A DNA stretch of 54,350 nt from Lama guanicoe (GCA_013239625.1 MU054027.1:124014-178363); one strand, 5' to 3'. Positions 38,511 to 51,781 are shown, counted from the first letter of the stretch. Notes: generated from the sequence alone by a model not told the origin. Numbers and translations: made by a program.

Positions 38511-39759
38511 ATGAATATACCATGCAAGATGGCAGTATTAAACATCAAAACCCAGGAAGTTACTAACAGAAAGGAATTATTTTAAGAGTGTAGTTTCAGG
38601 CATCTTATGAACTAGAGGTCCATATGATTAACAATAAGGGAGACTGAGATACAGATTGTAGTCTCAGTAGGCATAGAAAAAGTTCTTAAAGTGGGTACTA
38701 TGAGTCTTAACAGCACTTTTTATGACATGTTGGGTCCCAGTTTTTTTTTTTTGTACGACATATGATACTAAATGAAGGAAAGGTTTTACATCCAAATATT
38801 TTCTTTATACCCAACTGTTTGGAAACACAGCAAACATACAAACACAAGTGGGCTATAGATGAAACATGGCCCCTGGATATTTTCAGTTGGCCTCCACACA
38901 TTGAGTCAATGTTTAAAATTTAGGAGACTCGTGCAGAAATCTACATTTCAGACTTCAACTAAAGAAACACATCTAGTCCACTGTGAGGCCAGGCTCCCGT
39001 GTGGTCTGCTGTGCAGAGGTGGCCCCTAGTCAGTGGGGTGTGTGTTCCCCAATTTGCTGTCCTCACCTGGGAACTTCACTGAACATGGGTCCCCTACTTT
39101 GCCTCTGTAAGCATTTGACTTGAGAATTCCTGTTTTATAGTATATTTTGATAATGATTTTGAAATTTTAAAGGCAGTCTATGTTAAATTTATAATCTATT
39201 TCATATTGTATAATAATCTCACGCATGGGATTGAATTTTTCAAATTAGAACTTATAAGTTGATTTTTAAAACAAACTTTTTCTTTTCATGAATATGCAAA
39301 TAATCATTCCCATCGGAATGTCTGTAAACCTGATGGGGTTGGTCATGGTCATAGCTGACAGGTTATGCTCACTGCAGATGGTGTGATGACTTTCTCCTCC
39401 TCGTGGCCCCTTAGAGCTGCACTTGACTCAGTAGCTACATGGCTCCCTGCGGAGCAGTGCTGAGAGCACTGAGCATAGTCACAGAGCAGTAAGGGGGTGA
39501 CAGAAGGCCTGGCAGAAGCAAAGGTTCTTGGAACCAGTAAGTGCTTGAAGTGAATTTTATAGAATGACTTCACAGGGAACTTTCTGAAGAGCTCAAGGAG
39601 GAGTGTTTTAAAGAGTAGGAGCCCAGTAGGGTGAGGAGGAAGTGACTACTTTGTATTTACTTTACATGACATGTTTATGTTCAGAGACTTACAGGTTTTT
39701 ACATTCAGTTTTGAAATATGTAATTTTGTACATTATACACTGTTCTTACTGTTTTACAG

Positions 39760-39866
39760 GATGACCTGACACCACTTTTATTTGCCATAAAGGAAAACAG
39801 GCAGCAAATGGCAGAATTTTTAAAGGAAAAACAGGCAAATATACATACAGTTGAGAAGATGAAAAG
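39760..39866 (+). pseudogene. ANKRD26: ANKRD26-like exon 4
   Basis: DDLTPLLFAIKENRQQMAEFLKEKQANIHTVEKMK, AG/GT, 107 nt. Confidence 0.9.
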
Positions 39867-41136
39867 GTACAGTATTTTGTTACCTTTAAAAAAAAAAAAC
39901 CTTTGCTGTTGTTCCCGGGTAGTATCAGTTAGAAAATTTAAATTAATAAAACGATTAACTTAGAATCCACACAGCATCGGTTAGGGAGAAAAGCAATTCC
40001 GACTGGGTGTCACAAAGAAGAGAATAGAGCAGGATTCATCTTCCTTTATAATATTGACTGATGTCATTTGCAACCTGATTCTTTTGATCATATGGTCTTC
40101 TTATAGGTCAGGGAGATCACTTTCTTTTTATTAGTATGAATTCCAATTTTAATTGACCTTATGATAGAACATTGACTATCTGAACTCTTTTATAATAATT
40201 TTTAAATTTCTACTGTGTATAGGATTTTTCTTAAAAGATGAAGATGAAACATAGAGGAATTTGATTTGTCTTTTAGATGACTGTTAGCTTGAAATGACTT
40301 TCTTTGAAGAATACTGATATTTTCAGTTTATCACACACGAGTATTCATCACCAGTACCGGATCCTATGGGTTCATCCATTTTTATCCTTTTTCAATTCTT
40401 GTACATTTTGATGATTTTATTTTTGATTGATAATGGTAGAAAGAGGAAAGATAGCTTTAGTGATTGAATAAATATTTCCTTTAAAGCAGACAAGCCAGTG
40501 GTAGATGATAAAAGGAAAGAGTTGAGCTTTAGATCCAGACCAGGTTTAAGTCCTAGCTTTCCTGTTTGTCAGGTGTGTTCCCTGGGAAACATGACTTCTT
40601 ATCGACAAATAGGTTTCCTGATACGTAAAGAAGGACAGGAGTACATACTTTATGGGGGTTGTGTGTAAGAAAGAAATACATACGGTATTTAATTCAGGGC
40701 CATGCACATGCTTCTCAGCATGATTCACTGCAACTGTGGCTATTTTCATTATTCACATTATTGTTTGAAGCCTGCAAACAGCTTTTGTTTTCCTGACCTC
40801 TGGCCGATTTTAAAGTATAATATTTCAGGCTCAGTAAGAAATGGGGAGATCTGTATTTAAACCTTTCCCTACTTGACATAAGTGACTTCAGCATCATTTC
40901 TTGTCCATCAGAGGACTTTAAATCTGCAACTTCATCTCTGTGTTACCCCAGGAGGACAGGGGGCTGCTTTTTTTGTGGCTTGCTTTTGGCCTTGAGGTAA
41001 CTTGCCGAGATGAACACATGAGCATGTGTATGATCAGTCTTACAGAGATGGTCAAGATACAATATATCAAATTAGCTGTTGAAGTAAGTTAAGTAAGTTC
41101 CTCGGGGAGGGGGTGAGTTTTTTTCCCTGACTTTAG

Positions 41137-41274
41137 AACAGCCCTCATGCTTGCTGTAAGTGATGAATCACCAAATATGATCAGGCTTTTTCTTCAAGAA
41201 GGCATTGACGTCTTTTCTCAAGATACCTAGGCATGCAGTGTAGAAGGATATGCTCTTATTAGTGGTTTTAATAT
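41137..41274 (+). pseudogene. ANKRD26: ANKRD26-family exon 5 with stop
   Basis: TALMLAVSDESPNMIRLFLQEGIDVFSQDT*ACSVEGYALISGFN. TAG at 41228-41230, donor gtaagt. Confidence 0.88.
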
Positions 41275-42692
41275 GTAAGTGTTTACACTAAAATGGCGAT
41301 GATCACTAAACTGAGGTTGAAAATAAGTGTTACTTGTCACACGACAGGTGAGAGTTCCGAGTTGGGTTCAGGCAGTTGGGGGATGGCAGTGAGCTTTGCC
41401 CCATCATGAGCTGGAAATCATGCCGAAGGCCAGACTAGTGAGATGCAGCAGTGGCCCAGGATTCTTTATCTCAGAGTCTCTGAGCCCTTTGTCCTTCAGC
41501 ATCCTCGTGTTCTGTATTTGATTCCAAGTGTATCCCTTATGCATGGGGTACAAACAATGTCATAACTGATTTTTCTAAGCAGCTATTTGGGTCTTAAAGT
41601 GTTTAATTGAGCAGAAAATCCTGTCTTTTGCCTTGAGGACTTTCCTCTGTACTCTTCCAAGAAGTGAAGGGATTCCCTGAGGTCAAAGTGACACCCGTCT
41701 TCCACAGGTCACTGGGGTTGGGGTGAGGAGGAGGGCTTTCTAGCCATTCTGTTGTGCCCCTCGATTCTGTTGCTGCAGCGTCGGTATGAAAACTGGTCTT
41801 AACATGGTCTCGTTGGCAGCTGGGTCTGCGCTGTGCATGTTCTTTCTAAAGACCTTCAATAACATCATTTTAAAAAAAGAAAAGAAAACAGAATGTGGCC
41901 CTGCAGTTGTCCTGTGTGACATCTCCTCCCTGGATGCCCCTGCTGACCCACACTCCTCAGCCTTCCTCATGACCCACACTCAGACCGCAGGGCGACAGCT
42001 TGTTTAGTTCTCATGAATTGCTTGTGTGACGTCCTGTACTTACAAATACAGCTACACAACATGTAACAGCTGAGGTGCCCTGAATTATAAACCCTGGAAA
42101 AGGATGGCTCATCACCATAACTTGGAACATTTTTCTGAAAACTGCACCTTTGAATGTTGCACCTATGAAAAAACACACATTGGTTTTTATTCGGGATGCT
42201 AAACTAGTTCTGGCATTAAAGTTCAGGAAGGATTTATTCAATTTCATCACCGTTTCTCGGACCATTTTGGGGGTATATTATGTCATTAAATCCTCTGAAT
42301 GCTATTGGGAATTGAGGCTGTAAGATCCCAGTTTTATACAGGAAGACTTTGAGCTGATGAGAAACAACTTTTCCAGGAGCAAATAGCTGTTGGTTACAGA
42401 GCTAGGACTTCTGAGTTCAAGATCCTTTCCATATGTCAGACTAAGTCTAGTTCACTTCGTGAGCTATCCTGCCCTCAATTCATGACTACTTAAGCTGACT
42501 TTTTTTCTCCTTTAATTACATGCTAAAGGACAAGTTTATAGAACTTGCAAATTTGATGTATACAGGACCATTGAAGGTTTGATATTAGCTCTGCTATTGT
42601 CTGAAATAACGTAAGAATTTAGTATCTTTGGTCATTATTTTCATATTGGCATTCAAGAGTAATATTTCTCAATTACTTTTTTTTAAATATAG

Positions 42693-42745
42693 CGAACAGA
42701 AAGACGAAAGGAGACGTGAAACGCCTTTTCAAAATACCAGCCTGT
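42693..42745 (+). pseudogene. ANKRD26: Degraded ANKRD26-like exon 6 remnant
   Basis: EQKDERRRETPFQNTSL resembles the family post-ankyrin exon. The expected donor gtaagac reads ctaagac. Confidence 0.5.
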
Positions 42746-45099
42746 CTAAGACTTCTGATTGTAAGTGACTCTCTGTGGTCCTGCCATAGATGAAGAAAGT
42801 GAGAGTGAGGAAGTGCTGATCATGACAGAGCAGTCAAAACAGCCAGTGTGGAAATTTCATGTATATCTTGATTTTTAAAATTAATTTCTCCCTTAATGCT
42901 TTAGTATTCCAAATTATTTAGGAAGTTAATTGTAGGTCATTTACACCCTGAGACAGTGTTGTCTGGAAAGAAATTCATGTATTTAAACACAGCCCCTGAA
43001 ATCTCTTGTTCTGTCTTTGTAAAGAAGGAAAACAGATCTTTAAGTTTGTTGTACATTTCCTTCATCAACCACACTATAACACACTGGACTTCTCATAGAA
43101 CTGGATCTATAATCTTCAAAACAAATGGGTTACAGTTAGGAAATGAAGGTTAGTTATTGCATAGTGACTCATCTCACTTAAAAATTTACTGTCTTTAAAA
43201 GTGGGAAGTCAGCAATCCCTTCCTGGTACTCTAACGCTATGGCAACCCATGAGTACTGCAAAGCTGAGTCAGTGCGCAGCACACCAGCAAGAGATTGTTG
43301 TTGAAAAGTACCCAGTGACAGTACAGAAGTCTGGAAAGCAATGCCTTGTGGAGAAGCACTGGTCATTTTTCCCATCCTTATACCAAGCAGGTCTCACTCT
43401 TACCAACTTCATTCCTCATAAGAGCAAACAGAATGAGATATGCTGACCTAATGAAAACCAGATGTTTTCTTCTCTTTCTCCTCCTTCTCCTCCTCCCTCT
43501 TCCTCTTCCTCTTCTTATTCTTGGATACTTGTCATGAAACTAATTTTCTTAGAGCAAGCTGCTCTGTTGCCATCAGTTAAAGGATTTTCATCATAAATAT
43601 TCAAATAGCTCAACACAGGACTTAAGAAATTCCAGAAACAGCACAAAAATGCTTCCCATGAGCATGAGCACTGCTGTGCCGCCTAGATGAGAGCCCTGGC
43701 ACTTGCACAGTCTGCGCTTTGTGAGGGCCCCTGTAACATAGCCGGCCCCTGGCAAGCAAAGAGCTTCTGCTGGTTGGCATTGCCATTTACGGGAGACACA
43801 GAGATGGAACTGATAGTTCTTGTCCTTAAGGTAATCATAATACGACAGAATTGTCCCTGGTTGTTTTCTGTGTTTTTTAAAATAGAATTTTGAAAGGAAG
43901 CATTCTCACTTATCTGATAATTATCACTTTTTAAGTCATTTTTTTCCCACGTAAATGGCTGCCAAGTGTCTCGTAGGTGCTAAGCACAAACCTGACGTTA
44001 CAAAATGCAAACATTTAACATGCAGCCCCACCCCCCAGGAGCATGTCACTTATTGTCATGTTTGTGATTCCCTCTCGGTGACTCTGCTCCCTATGTCCCA
44101 GGGCTCCTAGGGATTCATAAATGTCTTTCTGTATCTTTTGTTGGTATTTTATAAGGTATTTTATCCCAATACTTTATTTAAGTTCATAGTGAGGAAATGG
44201 CTTTTGAAAAATTGGGCAAGATTTGAGGGAAGCATGCAGAACGAGTAGAAGTTTGCTGGGGAAGCAGACAGAAGGACAGTGTTTGGTAGGAGGAACATCT
44301 TTCAAGATGACATTTGGCCAAAGGAACAGCAGTACAGAGGCAAAAAATGTGCCAGGGAACTCAAGAGGATTCATGAGTTTCATGTTGTTGGTCCAAAAAG
44401 GATGCCGTGGGCCTGGTTGGGGATGAGGTGAATGCGCAGCTCAGGCACGCTCTGGAAAGCCCTTCTAGTTCTACAGAGAAGAGTAGGTCTCCTGTAGACC
44501 CCCGGAAATGTATCAGAATGCTGCTTGCTGTAAAGAATAATAGACCTGAGGGGCAGTGGCTAAAACAAAAGTAGGATTGTGTAAATGATTCATGATGCCA
44601 TCAACATCCCAGATGTCCCTCTTCAGCTGTGAGGCTGTCTCCTTTCCTAGTCTGCTGGTTAGCAGCTGCTCGTAGCATTATATTCTCACATGGCAATATC
44701 CAAAGGCTGGAAGGACTGCTTTTGTCTACCTCTTTTCCTACAAATAACGAAGAACAGTAAGATGCTTACAATAGCCTTCCCCAAACATTTTACTGGCTGG
44801 GTTATATCACATACTCATTCCTAAATGAGCCTCTGGTAAAGGAAAGGTAGTTCCACTGATTATCTTAGAATATGTCAATTCTCTTTTGGGAGCTGGGTGG
44901 AAGTTACCTTCTTTGTATATTGGGATAAAATGATACCAAAGTAAAGTTGCAATTGTGCAACAAGGAGGAAGAAAAAGAACGGCTGTCAGGTTGGAAATCA
45001 GCAACATGTGCTGCAGGGATTCCATGGGGAATTTTGAGCAGAAGAGCAAGAAGATTAGATTTGAGTATTAGGGCTCTCTGGTCATGACCTAAAGCATAG

Positions 45100-45718
45100 G
45101 AAGGGATGACCGAGCCAGAAATAGAGAAACAAGAAAACGTTACTGAGACAAATGCAAGCGATGAAGGTGCTCCAGAGGAGCCAACAGATGAGAAGTTGAC
45201 CTTTGTGGATGGAAAAGACAACAATGACATGGCCAGTAAATTAGTGAAATCTATGGAGTTTGATTTTTGTTCTCTCTGTGCTTAAAAGCCACTATAGGGC
45301 GAGGGAAGGGAATAGCTGATTAGGTAGATGGATCGCATGCTTTGGATGCAGGAGTTCCTGGGTTCAATCCTGAGTACCTGCATAGAAAAAGGAAAAAGAA
45401 AGGCTAGTCCAAAATATCTGAGGATTGTAGATCTATTTACGACACCCATTACTGTTTGCTTTCCTTTTGCCAGCTGTCTTCATACGTATCTGAACCACAA
45501 CCAGGTTTTTCTACAACAAAATGGTTTAACCCTCTGAAATTCTTTTGTGCAACATTATTTTATGGAAATCTTGTTGAATGGACATAGACCTATATGTGTG
45601 TGTATATTATAGACAGTGGTCAGTGTTGTCATTAATATACGTGTGACTACATTTTCTAGGTGAAACATCAGCTGTCTACTCAGCAGAAGACAAAGATGCA
45701 CAGTCTCTTGATACGGAG
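45100..45718 (+). other. Repeat unit 0 exon pair (A 45100-45235, B 45660-45718)
   Basis: EGMTEPEIEKQENVTETNASDEGAPEEPTDEKLTFVDGKDNNDMA + ETSAVYSAEDKDAQSLDTE. Resembles recalled ANKRD26 PTKPGIAKKENGIDIIESAPLEQTNNDNLTYVD...DMMSALGLGQEEDIESPWDSE. Confidence 0.75.
45298..45400 (+). mobile_element. tRNA-derived SINE inside the repeat unit (copies at about 46797, 48325, 49873, 51373, 52873)
   Basis: gggaagggaatagctgattaggtagatggatcgcatgctttggatgcaggagttcctgggttcaatcc with an A-rich tail. It has a B-box-like ggttcaatcc and resembles the SINE at 4503. Confidence 0.7.
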
Positions 45719-46598
45719 GTACTGTCTCCTTTTGTTATTTTTCTTCTTCTTTTAATACGTAACCATGAATGGTCATTACAACATAAGTGGATGGATGCTT
45801 TGACTTTGTGTTCTGACATTTACATTCTCCCATCACAATTCACATATTTTCTAATCTATAGTTAATGCAGTTATTCTGTGATTTCAGTCATGCAAGTGCA
45901 TAGTACACTTGTGTTAATTTTCCATGCTCAGCTACTGAAAGCAGTGTCTGTATCTTAATTCTGTGCTTCACATACTTTTCTGTTACAAAGTAAAAAATAC
46001 TTAATATAGATAGTTCCAAGTGCAAGCTAGCTGTATATTGAAGATCCTTCTCTTTTTTATGTTCTGCGTTGGTTTTTTGCATTCCTCACTTTCGATTGAT
46101 CAAATGATGTCTCCCATTCAGTCTTGAAAATGAGATCTTTCCATTCTGTTCTGACTAAGTCTGTTCTAGTTTACCATTTGACATGGTATAATCTCTGACA
46201 ACTTGCCTTTTGCTCAATCTTCCCCTACTGGAATCCCCTTGCCTTCACCCTATGGACTGGACCTCTCTTTTAAGGCACAGCCCCATCCTCACCGCATTCC
46301 CTGAGCCAAGACATACACCACACTCTACTCTAATTTGTGCCCTGACTACCCATTGACGTCAGTTGTAGAGCTGTAGAATGATCATTTTCTGTGCTGATTG
46401 GTTTTCACATATCCCTGGCTCTTGTACAATAGACAGAAAAATCTGTCTTTCTTTTACATTACCAGGTTCTCCCAGGATAATCCTTGTTATTTCATAGATA
46501 CAGTAAAAGTTTTATGTCTCACTGACTGAGAGAGTGAATGGCCAACTACATGAGAATGATGGCTTCTGAAGGTGGGGTTTTCTATTTTGTTTTTATAG

Positions 46599-47226
46599 GA
46601 AGGGGTGACACAGCCAGAAATTCAAAAAGAAGAGACTGGTACGGAGACAGATGGAGGTGACCAAGGTGCTCCAGTGGAGCCAACAGATGAGAAGAAATGG
46701 ACCTCTGTGGATGGAGCAGACACACCTGACATGGCTGTGAAATTACAAGATCTATGGAGTTTCATTTGTTTCATATCTGTGTTTATGAGCTGGTCTGGGC
46801 AAGGGAAGGGTACAGCTGAGTGCTACATGGATCGCATGCTTCAGATACAGGAGTTCCTGAGTTGAATCCCTAGTATCTCCATTAAAAACAAAAATTGAAA
46901 AGCTAATGTAATATATCTGAAGTCTGTAGCTCCAGATACCATATCCATTAGTGTTCCTTTTCCATTTCTGAACTACCGTAATACATAGCCAAGAAATGAA
47001 CATGGTTTTCATAAAGAAAGTGCTTCTTCCCTGTGAAATTCTTTTGGGCCACGTTAAGTTACAGAAAAATTCTTCATAGGAGTTAGACTTCATGTGTGTG
47101 TGTGTGTGTGTGTAGAGTTCAAAGCGGTCAGTGTTGTCATTAATATCTGTGTGACTGCACCCTCTAGGTGAAGCGTCACCTTTCCCCTTGGGACCGGAGG
47201 AAGATGCACACAGCCCTGGCGAGGAG
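46599..47226 (+). other. Repeat unit 1 exon pair (A 46599 to about 46737, B 47168-47226)
   Basis: EGVTQPEIQKEETGTETDGGDQGAPVEPTDEKKWTSVDGADTPDMA + EASPFPLGPEEDAHSPGEE. The exon A donor is altered. Confidence 0.7.
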
Positions 47227-48124
47227 GTACCATCTCCTTTTCTTGTTTTTCTTCTTCTTGTAACATCTAGCCGTCGAGGGTCGCTAGTCCATAAGCGGAT
47301 GGATGCATCGCCCCTGCGTCCCGACGTTTGCGTTCTCCCGTCCCAATTCTTGAGTGCTGTTTTCTAATCCACAGCGAGTTAAGTTGTTCTGTGCTTTCGG
47401 TCTCACCAGGGCACAGTACACTTGTGTTAGTTTTCCACGCTCACCTGCGGAAAGTGGTGTCTGTATCTACATTCTTTGCTTCCAATATTTTCCCTGGTAG
47501 GTTAGTCCAAGTCACTGCATATAGATAGCTCCCCGTGCCAGTTCGGTGAGGTTTCAGAGGTCTCCCGCTTAGTCTTCTAGTTTTGGCGCTCCTCGGTTTC
47601 AATGAGTGGACTGGTGCCTCAGTTTACTGAGTCTTGCCAGTGGGGTCTTCCCATTCCGTTCCCACTCAAGTGTGTTCCCGTTTTACCATGTGATTTCTCG
47701 TGCCATTCCCCACCTTGACCTTCAGCTCAAGCTGCCCTTCCTGGAATCCCTCACCCTGCCCCCTCTGCGCTCAGCCTGCCTTGGAAGACACGGTGCTTTC
47801 TTCCCAGCGTTCCCTGTGCCGAGCCCTGCCCCAGACTCTTCTCTCCTTTGTGCCCTGCCTGTCCGTTCGCGTCGGCTATAGATACGCTGCTTAATGGCCC
47901 TTTGTCGTGCTGATGGGTGTTCCCGTGTCCCTGCCTCTGGTAACAATACGGAGCAGAATGTGTCTTTCGTGTGTCTTCCCAGCTGTTGCCAGGATGATGC
48001 CTGTGGTTTGACACAGGCAGTGAATGGTTGCTGCCTCACTGAACTGACAGACTGAATGGCCAAATGTAGGAGTCGGTTGGTTTCTCAAGGTGGGTTGTGG
48101 GGTTCCTTTGCTTTGTTTTTACAA

Positions 48125-48775
48125 AAACGGGTGCCCGAGTCAGAAGCGGAACGGGACGGCACCCGTGCTGAGATGCACGTCGCTGACGAAACCACTCTGG
48201 AGGAGCCAACCGAGGACGAGACCCTGACGTCTGTGCTTGCGGCAGACCAACCTGATGAGCCCGGTACGTTGGTGAACTTCCACGGAGGTTGACTGTTCTC
48301 CTGTGTGTGCTTAAAGGCTACTGTGGGGCCGTTGAAGGGTGTAGCTGATGGGTAGATGGGTGGCATGCTTCGGATGCAGGAGTTCCAGGGTCCCATCGCC
48401 AGGACCTCCTTTAAAAAGAAGAAGCCAAATGGCGATCTAAAATACCTCAAGGCTGTAGGTCCACATACCACATGAAGCACTCCCGTTTTGTTTTCCTTCT
48501 GTCCACTGTCTCCACACATACCCCCAACAAAAGCAGGCCTTCCCTCAAGAAAATGCCTAAGTCCTCTGAAATGCTCTTGGGCCACGTTAGTTTACGGAAA
48601 GCTTCTTGGGTGGAGTTAAGCTTCACATGTGTGTGTGTCTGTGTGTGTGTGTGTGTGTGTGTGCAGGTCACAGCGGTCAGTGTTGTCTGTGAATAATAAT
48701 CTGTGTCAACCACTAGGTGAAGCATCACCTTTCCCCTCGGGACCGGACGAGGACACACGCACCTCTGGCGAGGAG
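48125..48775 (+). other. Repeat unit 2 exon pair (A 48125-48263, B 48717-48775)
   Basis: KRVPESEAERDGTRAEMHVADETTLEEPTEDETLTSVLAADQPDEP + EASPFPSGPDEDTRTSGEE. The exon A acceptor reads AA. Confidence 0.7.
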
Positions 48776-49671
48776 GTACCGTCTCCTTTTCTTGCCTTTC
48801 GTCGTCTTGTAGAACCTAGCCGACGAGGGTCGCTAGTGCAAATGAGCGGATGGATGTGTTGCCTCTGCGTCCCAATGTTTGGGTTTTCCCATCGTAGTTC
48901 TTGACTGCCCTTTTCTAATCTACGGCTAACTAAGTCGTTCTGTGCTTTCGGTCTCGCGAGGCCACAGAACATTTATGTTAGACCTCCACGCTAACCTACG
49001 GAGAGTGGTGTCTCTGTCTACATTCTTTGCTTGCACTGCTTTTCCCTGGTAAGTTAGTCCAAGTCACTGCATATACATAGCTCACTGTGCAACTTTGGTG
49101 AGGTTTCAGAGCTCTCCCGCTAAGTCTTCTAGTTTTGGACTCCTCGGTTTTGATGAGTGGATTGGTGCCTAAGTTTACTGAGTCTTGCCAGTGGGGTCTT
49201 CCAATTCCATTCCCACTGAAGTGTGTCCCCGTTTATCCGTGTGATTTCTCGTGATGTTCCCCACCTTCTCCTTCAGTTCAAGCTGCCTTCCCTGGAATCC
49301 CACACACTGAACACTCTGTGCACGGCCTGACTATGAAGACACGGCCTGGACATTCCAGTATTCCCTGAGCCAGGACCCGCCCCCAAATCTTCTCTCCTTC
49401 GTGTCGTGCCTGTCCGATCCCTTTGGCTGTAGAGCTGCTGAGTGGTCCATTAGTGTGCTGATTGGTGTTCACGGGCCCCTGCCTCTGGTAACAGTACAGG
49501 GCAGGATCTGTCCTTTGTGTGTATTCACAGCTTTTGCCAGGATGATGCCTGTGACTTGATAGACACTGTAGATAGCTCCTGCCTCGCTGGCTGATAGACT
49601 GAATGGCCCCGTGCATGAGTAGGATGGTTCCTCAAGGTGGGTTTTTGGGTTCTTCCGTTTTGTTGTTACAG

Positions 49672-50281
49672 GAAGGGGTGCCCGAGCCAGAAACCGAACG
49701 GGAAGACACCCGTCCTGAGACGAACGTAGCTGACGAAGGTGCTCTGGAGGAGCCAACCGAGGACGAGACATTGACGTCTGTGCTCGCAGCAGACCAGCCT
49801 GACATGTCCGGTAAGTGGGCGGACATCCCTGGAGGTTGATTTTTTCTTCCGTCTGTGCTTAAACGCCACGGTGGGGCCAGGGAAGGGGGTAGCTGGTGGG
49901 TAGATGGATGGCATGCTTCGGACGCAGGAGTTCCTGGGCTCCATCGCCAGGACCTCCGTCGAAAGAAAGAAGCTACGGGCGAACCTAAAGTACCTCAAGA
50001 CTCTAGGTCCAGATACCACCTGCAGTACTGCTTGCTTCCCTTTTGCCCACTGTCTTCCCACACATCCCAAACACGACCAGGTTTTCCCTCGAGAAAATTC
50101 TTCAGTCCTCTGAAGGTCCTTTGGGCCACGTTAGTTTACGGAAAGATTCTTGAATGGGGTTAGACTTCCCGGGTGTGGGTAGAATTCAAAGTGGTCAGTG
50201 TTGTCGCTACCATGTGTGTGCCTGCACCCTCTAGGTGACACATCGGGACAAGAGGAAGACGCGGAGTCCCCTGACGAGGAG
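49672..50281 (+). CDS. Core unit 3 putative coding exon pair (A 49672-49810, B 50235-50281), 62-aa acidic module
   Basis: ttacag|139 nt|gtaagt and ctctag|47 nt|gtaccg. Encodes EGVPEPETEREDTRPETNVADEGALEEPTEDETLTSVLAADQPDMSGDTSGQEEDAESPDEE. Expression unknown. Confidence 0.55.
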
Positions 50282-51171
50282 GTACCGTCTCCTTTTGCTG
50301 TTTTTCTTCTTCTTTTACTCCCTAACCGTCGAGGGTCCTTAATACGTAAGCGGGTGGACGCGTCGCCCCTGCGTCCTGACGTTTGCCTTTTCCCGTCACC
50401 ATTCTCGCCTAATGTTTTCTAATCCACAACTGCTGAAGTCGTTCTGGGCTTTCGGTCCCGCGAGCGCACAGTCCACTTGTGTGAGTTTTCCACGCTCGCC
50501 TACGGAAAGCGGTGTCCGTGTCTGAATTCTTTGCCTCCAGTACTTTTCCCCGGTAGGTTAGGCCAAGGGACTGAATGTAGGCGGTTCCCTGTGCGAGTTC
50601 GGTGAGGTTTAAGATGTCTCCCGTTTTGTCTTGTGTTTTCGGCACTCCTCGTCTTGGATGAGTCGACTGTTGTCCCTTACCGAAGCTTGCCAGTGGGGCC
50701 TTCCCGTTCCCTTCCCACTCGGTGGGTTCAGGATTTCCGTGTGACTTCTCATGCCGTTTCCCACCTCGTCCTGCGGCCCAAGCTGCCCTTCCTGGAATCC
50801 CTCACCCTGCCCCCTCTGCGCTCGGCCTGTCTTTGAAGACACGGCCTGGACATTCCAGTATTCCCCGAGCCAGGACCCGCCCCCAAATCTTCTCTCCTTC
50901 GTGTCGTGCCTGTCCGATCCCTTTGGCTGTAGAGCTGCTGAGTGGTCCTTTAGTGTGCTGATTGGTGTTCACGGGCCCCTGCCTCTGGTAACAGTACAGG
51001 GCAGGATCTGTCCTTTGTGTGTATTCCCAGCTTTTGCCAGGATAATGCCTGTGACTTGATAGACACTGTAGATAGCTCCTGCCTCGCTGACTGATAGACT
51101 GAATGGCCCCGTGCATGAGTAGGATGGTTCCTCAAGGTGGGTTTTTGGGTTCTTCCGTTTTGTTGTTACAG

Positions 51172-51781
51172 GAAGGGGTGCCCGAGCCAGAAACCGAACG
51201 GGAAGACACCCGTCCTGAGACGAACGTAGCTGACGAAGGTGCTCTGGAGGAGCCAACCGAGGACGAGACATTGACGTCTGTGCTCGCAGCAGACCAGCCT
51301 GACATGTCCGGTAAGTGGGCGAACATCCCTGGAGGTTGATTTTTTCTTCCGTCTGTGCTTAAACGCCACGGTGGGGCCAGGGAAGGGGGTAGCTGGTGGG
51401 TAGATGGATGGCATGCTTCGGACGCAGGAGTTCCTGGGCTCCATCGCCAGGACCTCCGTCGAAAGAAAGAAGCTACGGGCGAACCTAAAGTACCTCAAGA
51501 CTCTAGGTCCAGATACCACCTGCAGTACTGCTTGCTTCCCTTTTGCCCACTGTCTTCCCACACATCCCAAACACGACCAGGTTTTCCCTCGAGAAAATTC
51601 TTCAGTCCTCTGAAGGTCCTTTGGGCCACGTTAGTTTACGGAAAGATTCTTGAATGGGGTTAGACTTCCCGGGTGTGGGTAGAATTCAAAGTGGTCAGTG
51701 TTGTCGCTACCATGTGTGTGCCTGCACCCTCTAGGTGACACATCGGGACAAGAGGAAGACGCGGAGTCCCCTGACGAGGAG
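51172..51781 (+). CDS. Core unit 4 putative coding exon pair (A 51172-51310, B 51735-51781)
   Basis: Exons and splice sites identical to unit 3. Confidence 0.55.

Noticed and set aside
45298..45400. tRNA gene
   Set aside because: tRNA-like boxes are followed by an A-rich tail with no convincing cloverleaf. A SINE explains it better.
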